This document shows positions 27,894 through 38,267 of a stretch of DNA of 64,000 nt, in pieces (position 1 is the stretch's first letter; each line of letters starts with the position of its first letter). The DNA comes from Prolixibacteraceae bacterium (lineage in GTDB: Bacteria > Bacteroidota > Bacteroidia > Bacteroidales > Prolixibacteraceae): positions 24,322 through 88,321 of the forward strand of contig JANQII010000148.1 of the NCBI GenBank assembly GCA_028282195.1. Reading direction: 5' to 3'. The notes below the pieces were generated by a model. It did no database searches. It was not told where the DNA came from and worked only from the letters and a program-made list of their open reading frames with translations. The position numbers and the translations under genes were made by a program.

Positions 27894-30800
27894 TCACTTC
27901 AAATCCTTTATCAAACACAGATACGCATCTTCAAGTACCGGTTTGGCCTGTAAAGCACCCTCTGCAGGTTTATCCTTGCCAAGTACGCGCACACGAATCA
28001 TGTCCTCAACACGCATATGATGAACCACCATTTGCTTATTTGGCATTTTATCAAATTCTGAAGCTGGCACATCATATTGCCATACCAAATCATCTGCCAG
28101 ATTAACCATGTCAACAGGTGTTCCATGATATTTTACCCTGCCACGGTTAATTACAGCTACCTGGTTACACGAACTGGAGATATCTTCAATAATATGCGTT
28201 GAGAAAATCACAATTCGCTCACGGCTCAGTTCTACCAACAGGTTTCTAAAACGAATCCGTTCCCTTGGATCAAGACCTGCCGTTGGTTCATCAACCACCA
28301 GGATTTTTGGTAAATGAAGCAAAATCTGCGCTATCCCAATTCGCTGTTTCATACCCCCTGAAAACGAACCAATTTTATCGTTTCGTTTCTCCCACATATG
28401 CACCGATTTCAGTACATACTCAATTCGTCTCTCCCGGGTTTCCTTATCTGCCAAACCTTTGAGCAATGCCTGATATTCGAGAAATTCAATGGCAGGCATA
28501 TTTTCATAGGTGCCAAACTCTTGCGGTAGGTAACCAATCAAACCTTGCAATTCTTCCCGTTTCTTTTGGGTGTCAATTCCATTAATCCAAATCTTTCCAT
28601 AACTCTGATCCAGAATTCCACAAATGATCCGCATCATGGTTGATTTACCAGCCCCGTTTGGACCAAGCAAACCAAACATTCCGGTTCCAATGTCAAGGGA
28701 GACCCCATTCAATGCTTTAAATGGCTGACGACGTTTCCCAATTACAGGAATCTGTTTTACCAGACGGAAAATACTTCTCCTTAATGCACCAAAACGTCCG
28801 GTAATTCGATCAATATTAATTTTTTCTTCGTACAAGCGTTTTGCTGTGACGAAAACCAATAAGCTCAAATACCATAAAACCACCACTGTTACAACCAGTC
28901 CTATTGAATCCGTTTTCTTCCATAAAAAGAACAGCTCAACTAAAGGCAAAATCCAAAACAAGAATCCTTTACTATACTTGTCTGTTAAAAGGAATCTTTT
29001 TCTACGATTAACCTCAAATCGACGATTTAGGTAAATACCAAATGGACTCCACATTCGATTAACGAATAAGTAAACAGCTACCACCAAGGCAATTACCCAA
29101 AACGATGGATTCAGGAAAATAAAGGTGAAATAGATCATGAAGCCTAGTAACGGCAATTGCCAGATCAATTGGTCAAATTCTTTAATTGATTGGTATTCTT
29201 TTTCCAAACCAGCGCGCCTGCGAATATTTAATCCCCCTTGCCACTCCCTGGAGAAACGAGCCGGACGATCGTAAATCTTGACCAGATTTTGAACAACAAT
29301 ATGCAGCTTTTCATCTTCCCCAATCAGGCGTGTACCTGCTTTTTTCAAACTATTTAAAACAAACCAGGTCGTTCCCGGAACCAAAACAATTGCCAATACG
29401 GTATCCAGCATCTTCCAGACAGTAGAATCGACATTCGTGTAAATCAGCACAAAGGCTCCAGTCATTGCCGCCAACTGAAATACTTTCAGTTTCCAATTCA
29501 GTTGATAAAACCACTGTAAAGCACTTTCCAGTCCTGAATAAAAGGTTGGAATAAAAATAAGTGTCAGCAACGTACTTAAGGCCAAACCACCTATAACAAT
29601 AATGGCAAATGGAGCACCAATTACGCTAACATATTCTGCCTGCCCCATCGCCAATGGCATCATAGCAACAATAGTCGTAATTGCTGTAATCAGAATAGGA
29701 CGCACGCGAGACAAACCAGCCGTCATCAATGCCCGTGACCTTCGATAGCCACGTTTGCGAAGAATATTGCTGTAATCAATTAATATGATTCCATTGTTTA
29801 CCACAACCCCCAGTAAAATCAAAAATCCAATCATCGTATTGGCATTGAACAAACTGTTTCCTGTTATTATCAAAGCAAGCAATGATCCTATTGCAGCCAG
29901 GGGAATTGAAAACAACAAGACAAAAGGCGTGGCAACCGATTCAAACACCGAAGCCAAAATCATGAATATTAAGATGATTGCCGCCCAAATAAGGAAGTTA
30001 AATTCAGCCAGTTCATTTTCTTCATGAATGATTTCAGCAGCTACTCCTGAAGGGAAATTATAACCTGCAATCAACTCATCAATTTCATACCGATAAGATG
30101 CAAGCAAATCTTTGGATTCCTGAGCCTCATCAATCATGCTGTAGGTAATCTCAATCTGTTTCTCCTGATTAACCCGATTTATCCCAGCCAATCCCCGGGC
30201 ATAAATTAACCGGCTAAAATCTTCCAACTCATGCAGACCTCCTGCAGCATCACTAACCTGCAGTGCTTTCAGGTCGTCCATGGTTCGAACATCCTCATCT
30301 TCATCCGTTTCTTCGCCCTGTTTAATTACAATTTCATATTCATCCACGCCTTGATTGAACATCACTCCAGTGCTAATGTCTCCGGAAAATGAATTCAATT
30401 CAGAAGATACTTCTGATGCCTGGATATTGTACTCTGTCATTAACAGCGGATCAAAAATCATCTGAACCTCCGGTCGATTATCAGAAACATTAACCCTTGC
30501 CCGCTCAATAAAATCCATTTCTTCCAGAAAGTATTCGATATCGTTGGCAATGGTCTGCATCAGTTCAAAGTCTTCCCCTTTCAATACAATCTTCTCTTCC
30601 TCTGCCCCAATTCCAAGTAGCCGTTCAAAATCACCCATCATATTCCGACCAGCACCTCCAAAGTTTCTGTTCGTTTGTACCTGCTCAAATGAAATTTCTG
30701 CCTGATCAATATTTTTAGTCAGCTCATTTATGGATGACTTTATTTCAGCAAAGGTCCTCCCGTCAATTTCTTCGTATTCTTCAACCAACCGAACTGTAAC

Positions 30801-32600
30801 AACTGCTTCTTCCTCCTCAATCCGACTAATAACATCCAACTTTTCCTTTACATCTTCCAGTTTCTCTTCAATCTTAGCAACTGTCTTATCGGTGGTTTCA
30901 AGGCTAGATCCAGATGGCATTGTGACAAATAGTTGCACCTGTTCTTCTTCAACTTCCTGCAAGGAACTCACGCTAACTGCCAGGCTAATAAAAACGGTCA
31001 GGAAGAAAATTGTTACCCCCCCGATAATTGTTGCCAGTGGTTTGCGCATGCTAGATTTCAGCAATAGCAGGTAAATCTGGACCATTCGGTTATTCGTCGT
31101 AACCTTCTCGTAAAAGATGCTTTTTCCTTTTCTTCTTTTCAAAATGAGATGAATAGTCATTGGCACAAACAGCAAAGCTACAGCCAGAGAAACCAATAAG
31201 GTGGAAATGATAGAAACCCCGACATTTTTACCCAGCATTTCAATCATAAAATTGGTTGAAAAAACAAATGGTAGGAAAACGGTTATTGTCGTCAATGTTG
31301 CTGCAACAATGGAACGCCAAACTTCAGTTGTTCCCTGAATCACGGCTTTATCACTATCCACACCTTTCCCGGAAAGCCGGTAAATATTTTCAAGCACTAC
31401 GACACTATTATCCAGAAGCATACCGATGGCCAATGCCATGCCAACCAGCGTCAGGCTATTCAGGGTAATATCATAAGCATAAAAGAAGTTGAAAGCGGTA
31501 AAAACTGAAACAGGAATGGCTAACGCAATGAAAGCTACTATTCGAATATTCTTCAGAAAAATCCACAACACAAAAACTGCCAGCAGCCCACCGATAAGTG
31601 CCAAATCGATAATCTGATCAATGTTCTCCTCCATGGTTTCAGCAGCATTGTGCTGGATAACAATTTCAATATCCTTACCCGAAAGCCTATTATTCAGTTT
31701 TGCAATCAACTCCTGTGTATCATGGGATAACTCGATCTGGTTGGCTTGCGAATCATTAATCAACTGAATAGTGACTGCTTCTTTACCATTTACACGGCTA
31801 AAACTGGTTTCTTCCTTTACACCAAACCGAACCTCGGCAATATCTTTCAAAAGAATTGGACCATCAGCCACAACCAGGTTTTCGATGTCGGTAATTTGAT
31901 CGTATTCAGCGGTAACATGCACGAAATAAAGTCGGTCCTTTTCTTTCAGGTTGCCAACATAACTTCGGGATTGTGAATTCTGCGAAAGCTTGGAACGAAT
32001 TTGTCCCGGGGTAATCTGGTAAGCTTCGCATGCCTCCATGTCCAGGATCAGCTCAATTGATTTTTCCTGCCCGCCATAAACATTTACCCCGGCAATACCA
32101 TCCAGGTTTTCAAGGTCAGGAGCAATTTCCTGATCAACCAAATTCCGAACACGATTTATGCCTCCGCTGCCCCGGGCCTGCAGCTCCATGAATTGTGCGT
32201 CAATCTGCGAAAGATCAACCCGCGTAACATCTACCTGAACATCTTCAGGCATGCTACTTTGAATTTCGTTTATTTTTTCCTGAAGTTTGAGATAGGCAAA
32301 ACCAGAATCAACATCTTTCTGATAATACACCACAATCATTATCCGCCGGGAAGTAATATTGGTCTCAAGCGACTCAATGCCTTCTAAAGTGCTGATAGCT
32401 CCCTCCAAAGGAATAGCAACTTCATTCTCCAGATATTCAGGGTCAGCTTCACGAACGGACATTGCCTGAACAAAAAGGAAAGGCAATTCAGCATTAGGCA
32501 ACAACTCCATCTTTAGCTGCTTGTAGGACACGTAACCCAAAAGGGTCAGTCCAATAAACAACATGGAAATGAATGTTTTTCTATCTATTATAAATTTCAT
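27894..32600 (-). CDS. Fusion protein: RND efflux permease, extra TM helices and an ABC ATPase
   Basis: Continuous 1568-aa ORF. RND part is aa 1-1030 (GMLLDNSVVVLENI). ABC part has Walker A GPNGAGKST, signature FSGGMKQR, Walker B ILVVDEPTAGLD and H-loop STH. Confidence 0.85.
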   Translation of the reverse strand: MKFIIDRKTFISMLFIGLTLLGYVSYKQLKMELLPNAELPFLFVQAMSVREADPEYLENEVAIPLEGAISTLEGIESLETNITSRRIMIVVYYQKDVDSGFAYLKLQEKINEIQSSMPEDVQVDVTRVDLSQIDAQFMELQARGSGGINRVRNLVDQEIAPDLENLDGIAGVNVYGGQEKSIELILDMEACEAYQITPGQIRSKLSQNSQSRSYVGNLKEKDRLYFVHVTAEYDQITDIENLVVADGPILLKDIAEVRFGVKEETSFSRVNGKEAVTIQLINDSQANQIELSHDTQELIAKLNNRLSGKDIEIVIQHNAAETMEENIDQIIDLALIGGLLAVFVLWIFLKNIRIVAFIALAIPVSVFTAFNFFYAYDITLNSLTLVGMALAIGMLLDNSVVVLENIYRLSGKGVDSDKAVIQGTTEVWRSIVAATLTTITVFLPFVFSTNFMIEMLGKNVGVSIISTLLVSLAVALLFVPMTIHLILKRRKGKSIFYEKVTTNNRMVQIYLLLLKSSMRKPLATIIGGVTIFFLTVFISLAVSVSSLQEVEEEQVQLFVTMPSGSSLETTDKTVAKIEEKLEDVKEKLDVISRIEEEEAVVTVRLVEEYEEIDGRTFAEIKSSINELTKNIDQAEISFEQVQTNRNFGGAGRNMMGDFERLLGIGAEEEKIVLKGEDFELMQTIANDIEYFLEEMDFIERARVNVSDNRPEVQMIFDPLLMTEYNIQASEVSSELNSFSGDISTGVMFNQGVDEYEIVIKQGEETDEDEDVRTMDDLKALQVSDAAGGLHELEDFSRLIYARGLAGINRVNQEKQIEITYSMIDEAQESKDLLASYRYEIDELIAGYNFPSGVAAEIIHEENELAEFNFLIWAAIILIFMILASVFESVATPFVLLFSIPLAAIGSLLALIITGNSLFNANTMIGFLILLGVVVNNGIILIDYSNILRKRGYRRSRALMTAGLSRVRPILITAITTIVAMMPLAMGQAEYVSVIGAPFAIIVIGGLALSTLLTLIFIPTFYSGLESALQWFYQLNWKLKVFQLAAMTGAFVLIYTNVDSTVWKMLDTVLAIVLVPGTTWFVLNSLKKAGTRLIGEDEKLHIVVQNLVKIYDRPARFSREWQGGLNIRRRAGLEKEYQSIKEFDQLIWQLPLLGFMIYFTFIFLNPSFWVIALVVAVYLFVNRMWSPFGIYLNRRFEVNRRKRFLLTDKYSKGFLFWILPLVELFFLWKKTDSIGLVVTVVVLWYLSLLVFVTAKRLYEEKINIDRITGRFGALRRSIFRLVKQIPVIGKRRQPFKALNGVSLDIGTGMFGLLGPNGAGKSTMMRIICGILDQSYGKIWINGIDTQKKREELQGLIGYLPQEFGTYENMPAIEFLEYQALLKGLADKETRERRIEYVLKSVHMWEKRNDKIGSFSGGMKQRIGIAQILLHLPKILVVDEPTAGLDPRERIRFRNLLVELSRERIVIFSTHIIEDISSSCNQVAVINRGRVKYHGTPVDMVNLADDLVWQYDVPASEFDKMPNKQMVVHHMRVEDMIRVRVLGKDKPAEGALQAKPVLEDAYLCLIKDLK

Positions 32601-32625
32601 CCGTCGAGTTTATTTGCTACCAACA

Positions 32626-35600
32626 TTAATTTCTTCTAAACCGGTCACGAATAACTTCAATTCCTTCGTACATACATGGGATAACCACCAGCGTCAACAA
32701 GGTTGAAGTAATCAAGCCGCCAATTACAGCCAAAGCCATAGGCGAACGCAATGATGCGCTTTCTCCGATTCCCAAAGTCAATGGGAACAAGGCCAGAATT
32801 GTGGTTAAGCTGGTCATAATAATTGGACGAATCCGTTGTTGCCCGGCCTGCAATATGGCTTCCAAACGTTCCATGCCGGATTTGCGCAACTGCAATATCC
32901 GATCGACCAGAATAATCGAATCATTTACTGCAATCCCCACCAACATAATGATACCGATATAAGCCATAATGTTAAAGGTTTTCCCAAGCAGAAAGAACGT
33001 AAGTACCGAGCCAACAGCTGCCAACGGGATTGTAAGCAAAATTGTAAACGGGTGCAGCAATGACTCAAACTGGGAAGCGAGCACCATGTACACCAAAATG
33101 ATTGAAAGCATTAAGGCAAAGCTTAAACTCGCCATTGATTCCCGGCGTTTTTCTTCTTCACCACTAATGTTAATCCTGTAATCCGGAGGCACATTAATTG
33201 GGGCTATGGCAGTTTGGATTTCCTTAACTGCCTTATCCAAAGGCATATCTTTTTCGAGTTGTGCGGTAATTTTGCCAATTCGATTTTGGTTTCTGCGGAA
33301 AACTTCTTTGGGTGATTGTCCAATGGTAATATCAGCCAATTCATTTACCCTAAATTCCTGATCATTGCTAACGATACGCAGTTCATCCAGTTGACTTAAA
33401 TTTTTATCGGGCAGTTTGATAGTAATGTCCTGCATTTCACCTTGTCGCTCAATTTCTCCAGCAACTTTACCTTCCAGTTGATTTTGAATTTGAGAAACGA
33501 TATTGGTTACACTCAGGTTAAACATACCTGCCCGTAAGCGGTCAATCACGACTTCAACTTCAGGGGAACCTTCTTCCAACGATGATTCAAAATTGTACAT
33601 CCCCGGTAGGTTTTGCACACGCTCTTTTACTTCAGCAGCCAATCCCTCAATGATCTCCAAATCTTCACCCTGAACTTCAATCACCAGCGGGGCTTCATCT
33701 GTGCCCATAATGCTTTTTAGAGCTGTCTCATCTTGTTTGAAATTAATCTCCATACCTGGCAAATCGCCAACTACCCGGCTAATGGATTGAATGGCTTTGG
33801 TTGAAGCAATCTGGCTTTCCGGTTTCAAAATGATTTTTATAGTCGCGGTATTCTCTCCTTCAAAAATATCGGTAGATGAGCTGCTGATTCCTTTTGTTGG
33901 TCCAATATGACTGTAAACAGTTTCAATTTCACCACCCAACAGTTCAGAAATAATTGTTTCAAGGTTATCCACAGCTGCTGTGGTACGCTCTAATCGAGTC
34001 CCTTCCTGCATCCGAATTTCTACACTGAATTCACGCGTTTCAGTTTTTGGCATGAATTCATTTCCAATAAGCGGAATAAGAAAAATTGATCCCCCAACCA
34101 ATAAAAAGCTTATTAGAATTATTGCCCATTTTGCTTTTAATATTTTTTCGAGAAAACGTCCGTAACCTTTTACCTTAACCGATTGAATTTTCCGTTCTTT
34201 TTTCTTCTTATAAAAAAGATTAAAAAGCATTGGAATAACCAATATGGCAACGACCAACGAAGACAAAAGTGAAAATGCTACCGTCCATGCCTGGTCTTTG
34301 AACAACTCGCCAGAAGCACCATGCAAATAAACAATAGGCAGAAATACAATAATCGTTGTTATTGTTGAAGCTGTAATTGCCCCGCCAACCTGGGAAGTCC
34401 CAACAATTGCAGCCTCACGAACAGACATCCCATTTTCATGATTTCGGAATATATTCTCCATGACCACAATGGCATTATCCACCAACATACCGGCACCAAG
34501 CGCAAGGCCACCTAAGGTCATAATGTTCAGGCTAAGGCCATTGAAATACATTAGGTTAAATGTAGCAATAACCGAAATCGGAATAGCAATACTGATAATT
34601 AATGTGCTTCCAAATCTTCTTAAAAAGATAAACAGAACAAAAACGGCCAACACAACTCCCAGCAAAGCAGATTCCTCAACTTCATTGATTGCATCGTTAA
34701 TAAAACTTCCCTGGTTTGTGACTACTTGAATATTATAGCCGGGCAATGCCTTTTGAATTTCGGTAAAAGCCTCATCAATTTGCTCTACCGCTTTAACCGT
34801 GTTAAAGCGGGTTTCTTTATAAATTGAAAGCCCCAGGCATCGGTTACCATTTAACCTTACAATGTTTTCGGGGTCTTTATTTTGAAAACTAACCGTTGCA
34901 ACTTCACGCAAAAATATGGGGGCAAACGAAGCTGTATTGTCGTCTGCAATTACTCGCTTATAGCCAACAATCACTTCCTCAAAATCTTCGATATCTGTTA
35001 ATAAGCTTACACCTTTTACCACATAACGCAAGCCCATTTCTTCAATGGAACCGCCCGAAATATCCTGGTTAAAACTTTGAATACGACTGCTGATTTCATC
35101 CATGGTCAGCCCGTAAGCATCCAACAAATACTGGCTGGTTTCAATCAGCACTTCATTGTCTTCTGAACCTGACACTTCAACATCAGCAACCCCTTCCAAA
35201 CGAATCAGCTCATTACGGATATAATTTTCAGCTACTTTGCGTAATTCATTCATATCATCAATCGATGAATGGCTTAACCCATAAACCATTACTGGTGACG
35301 TATTCGGGTCATGTTGGGTAATGTTGATCTCATCAATTTCTTCGTTCTGCGCAAAAGATGTAACTGCTTTTTGCAAATCCAGGAAAGCATCATCCATATC
35401 TTTATCCCAGGCATACTCTACTGTAATTTGTGCGCTCCCAACTTTTGAAACAGAAGATACCTGAACAACATCCGACTGCCGAATTGCCAAAGCTTCCAGG
35501 TTTTCCACAAACTGTTTTTCCATTTCTTCAGGTGGCCGTTCCCCTGATTCCAGCTCAATAAACAACCTGGGGTTGTTCAGCTCCGGGAACAGGTCAACCC

Positions 35601-35700
35601 CCAGCTTGTCGTAGGAAATGTAGCCCAGCAGTACAACCCCAAGTACCATCATTAGAATGGTAACCGGAAAGTTGACTGAAAATTCGCTTAATTTCTTCAC
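32626..35700 (-). CDS. RND efflux permease (AcrB-like)
   Basis: 1024 aa, 12-TM/two-large-loop layout, GMLVDNAIVVMENI. Confidence 0.93.
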   Translation of the reverse strand: MKKLSEFSVNFPVTILMMVLGVVLLGYISYDKLGVDLFPELNNPRLFIELESGERPPEEMEKQFVENLEALAIRQSDVVQVSSVSKVGSAQITVEYAWDKDMDDAFLDLQKAVTSFAQNEEIDEINITQHDPNTSPVMVYGLSHSSIDDMNELRKVAENYIRNELIRLEGVADVEVSGSEDNEVLIETSQYLLDAYGLTMDEISSRIQSFNQDISGGSIEEMGLRYVVKGVSLLTDIEDFEEVIVGYKRVIADDNTASFAPIFLREVATVSFQNKDPENIVRLNGNRCLGLSIYKETRFNTVKAVEQIDEAFTEIQKALPGYNIQVVTNQGSFINDAINEVEESALLGVVLAVFVLFIFLRRFGSTLIISIAIPISVIATFNLMYFNGLSLNIMTLGGLALGAGMLVDNAIVVMENIFRNHENGMSVREAAIVGTSQVGGAITASTITTIIVFLPIVYLHGASGELFKDQAWTVAFSLLSSLVVAILVIPMLFNLFYKKKKERKIQSVKVKGYGRFLEKILKAKWAIILISFLLVGGSIFLIPLIGNEFMPKTETREFSVEIRMQEGTRLERTTAAVDNLETIISELLGGEIETVYSHIGPTKGISSSSTDIFEGENTATIKIILKPESQIASTKAIQSISRVVGDLPGMEINFKQDETALKSIMGTDEAPLVIEVQGEDLEIIEGLAAEVKERVQNLPGMYNFESSLEEGSPEVEVVIDRLRAGMFNLSVTNIVSQIQNQLEGKVAGEIERQGEMQDITIKLPDKNLSQLDELRIVSNDQEFRVNELADITIGQSPKEVFRRNQNRIGKITAQLEKDMPLDKAVKEIQTAIAPINVPPDYRINISGEEEKRRESMASLSFALMLSIILVYMVLASQFESLLHPFTILLTIPLAAVGSVLTFFLLGKTFNIMAYIGIIMLVGIAVNDSIILVDRILQLRKSGMERLEAILQAGQQRIRPIIMTSLTTILALFPLTLGIGESASLRSPMALAVIGGLITSTLLTLVVIPCMYEGIEVIRDRFRRN

Positions 35701-35712
35701 GGTTAATCCTTT

Positions 35713-36771
35713 CTATTTGATGATTTTCACTTTTGAGCGGTTTCTCAATGTCTCGAAACCTTTGACAACAAGCCGGTCATTAGCTTTCAACCCGGATGTT
35801 ATTTCAACCATATCTTCGTTTTCGTAACCAAACGTGACTTGTTTCTGCTCAGCTGTTCCTTTAACCACGATAAAAACAGATTTGCCACGCTGATTGGAAA
35901 CCACAACATCTTTTGGAATGACTATTACACTATCTTTCCGGTCGAGAATTATTTCTGATTGAACAAACATCCCGGGACGTAATTTCAAATCGTCATTACT
36001 GATGGTCAGTTTACCAAGAAATGTGCGTGTCTCGGTACTAATTGCAGGCGATAATTCGCTGACAACTCCTTTTAATGTGTCATCAGGCAGGGTGTAATTC
36101 ATCACCCGAACTTCCTGTTTCTGCTTCACATCATTAATATACTTTTCCGGAAGGTTTACTTCAAGCAGAAGTTTTTCATAGCTCATCAGACTAACTACAG
36201 CAGTTGCACTTGCTACCTTTGTACCTTTTGTAAAATATGGAAGTTCAGTGATTACCCCTCTAAACGGGGCCCGGACCTTCATCTTTTCCAACTGGATTTC
36301 GGCACGCTCAAAATCATATTTTGCATTGATAAATGAAACTTCTGAATTGCGAAATTCCCTCAAGGTCACTCCCCCTTTTTCATAAAGCGACTCCTGCTTT
36401 TGAAACTCTTGCTCAGAAATCTCCAGATTTAGTTTTTTCGACTCCAAAGCAATGCCATTCACATACTCTTCATCTTTCAATTCAACGATAACCTGTCCTT
36501 CATTCACTTGATCGCCCAACGCAAAAGGTCTTCCGGTTTTAGGATTGACGGCCAGGTAATAATCCCCTGCCATTTCAGTTATCAGGCTTACTTCTTTAGT
36601 TGCAACAACGGTTCCGGTCGTGTTGATGGTTTGCTCAATTGATCCTGGTTTTAGATCATCAACCGAAACTGGAATTGCCAGATCAGCCTCAACATCCTGG
36701 GTTTGATTGTTACAGCTTGCCAATGCAAAAAGCAAAAGCATAAATAATGGGAAGTGTATTTTTTTAATCAT
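35713..36771 (-). CDS. RND periplasmic adaptor (MFP) lipoprotein
   Basis: Lipobox LFALASC and hairpin/lipoyl/beta-barrel pattern. ATG at 36771 avoids overlap with the TolC stop. Confidence 0.9.
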   Translation of the reverse strand: MIKKIHFPLFMLLLFALASCNNQTQDVEADLAIPVSVDDLKPGSIEQTINTTGTVVATKEVSLITEMAGDYYLAVNPKTGRPFALGDQVNEGQVIVELKDEEYVNGIALESKKLNLEISEQEFQKQESLYEKGGVTLREFRNSEVSFINAKYDFERAEIQLEKMKVRAPFRGVITELPYFTKGTKVASATAVVSLMSYEKLLLEVNLPEKYINDVKQKQEVRVMNYTLPDDTLKGVVSELSPAISTETRTFLGKLTISNDDLKLRPGMFVQSEIILDRKDSVIVIPKDVVVSNQRGKSVFIVVKGTAEQKQVTFGYENEDMVEITSGLKANDRLVVKGFETLRNRSKVKIIK

Positions 36772-36778
36772 GACGATA

Positions 36779-38257
36779 TTATTTTTGACGTTTTTCGATG
36801 ATTTCTTCAGGAACAATTCCAATGTTATTTTCAAAATCGTAAAGGGTCTGGATTTTCAGGTTCAGCAATTCAATTTTGTAATCAATTAATGATTGCGCAT
36901 AAGCCATCTTCCTTTCTGAAAGCTGGGTCTGGAACAGGTTCAGGTCCATACTTGTCAGATCCCCATTGGCGTAACGCTCCAGGTTTATTTCGTAGGTAAG
37001 TTGAGCATTCTTCTCGCTTTGTTTGGCTATCTCAATCTGGTTCAACTGGTTTTGAAGGTTTCGGTATACCTGCCGGATATCAAGGACGATCTGGGTTTTC
37101 TGCTCATCAAAGCTCAATTCCTGTGTTTTTATAACTGCCTCCTGCGCTTTTATCCGTGATTTCTTTTCGCCCCAATCCCATAAAGGAATATTGAAGCCAA
37201 CAGAAACACGAGGGTTGTTGGTAGGATTGTCATAAATATTATTGATCTTTTCATCTTCGCCAATTATCCCGATTGAAAGGTTCAAATCCCCCTTAAACTC
37301 ATTCATCCCCTTCGTGCGGATTAACTGGAACTGTGAGGTTTCAATATCAATCTCACGCTGGCGGATTTCCATTCGGGAATTTATGCCATGATCAATTGCC
37401 TTTACCAGGTCAACTTCAACCGGAAGTGCTTCAACATTGGCCATTACCCCGATCTCTTCCATAATGTCCATTCCTATGTATTGTTTAAACTGGTCTTTTG
37501 CATTTTCCAGTGTTACCTTCTTATTCTGCACATCGGATTGTGCCGTAGCATAGTTCAATTCCGCCTGGTACAACTCTTCTTTCGCTGCCAGGCCAGCTTC
37601 AACTTTGTTTTTGGTAATCTCGTAACTCTTTTGGGTATTGGTAAATTCATCCCTGGAAATACTTAAACTCATTTGTGCCAAATACACATTGTAAAAAAAC
37701 TGGGTCACACTTTTCTCAAGGTTCAGCTTCTGCATGGCATAACTTAAGTTGGCATTTTCCAGGTCCAGTTCCAGTTCTTTTAACTCCAGTTTTAATCGAT
37801 TGTAAGTGAACAATGGCTGGTTTAAGCTCAAATACAAATTATTGCTGAATGAGCGGTCTTCAACATTATTGAAATCACTGGTGCTGCGTTGCCAACCAAA
37901 CCGATTGTTCAATGCAAGGGTACCATCTGTCAGTAAAATGGGTTGCGAAACGGTAAAAGTACCAGATGCCCCCAAAGATTCCTGGGTAAACCACTGGGAA
38001 TTGAAATCATCAAACGAACGGGTTTTGCTATAATCGATTGGATTAAGGTTTAACGAAAACTGGGATTTTAATGCCGCATTTTGTGCATTTAGCGATTCCT
38101 GCGAACGTTCCAGGTTCAGCAATGAACGTCTGATATCCGGGCTGTTCCGGCTTGCAATCTGCAAAGCACTTTCCAGGGTCAGCAGTTGTTGTGCAAATAA
38201 GCTGCCCACTCCCAGGAACATCAGGATTATTAGAATATAAAATCGTTTGTTGTTCAT
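36779..38257 (-). CDS. TolC-family outer membrane efflux protein
   Basis: Signal peptide, two-fold internal repeat, long coiled-coil segments. Confidence 0.9.
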   Translation of the reverse strand: MNNKRFYILIILMFLGVGSLFAQQLLTLESALQIASRNSPDIRRSLLNLERSQESLNAQNAALKSQFSLNLNPIDYSKTRSFDDFNSQWFTQESLGASGTFTVSQPILLTDGTLALNNRFGWQRSTSDFNNVEDRSFSNNLYLSLNQPLFTYNRLKLELKELELDLENANLSYAMQKLNLEKSVTQFFYNVYLAQMSLSISRDEFTNTQKSYEITKNKVEAGLAAKEELYQAELNYATAQSDVQNKKVTLENAKDQFKQYIGMDIMEEIGVMANVEALPVEVDLVKAIDHGINSRMEIRQREIDIETSQFQLIRTKGMNEFKGDLNLSIGIIGEDEKINNIYDNPTNNPRVSVGFNIPLWDWGEKKSRIKAQEAVIKTQELSFDEQKTQIVLDIRQVYRNLQNQLNQIEIAKQSEKNAQLTYEINLERYANGDLTSMDLNLFQTQLSERKMAYAQSLIDYKIELLNLKIQTLYDFENNIGIVPEEIIEKRQK

Positions 38258-38267
38258 ATCGTTATTT

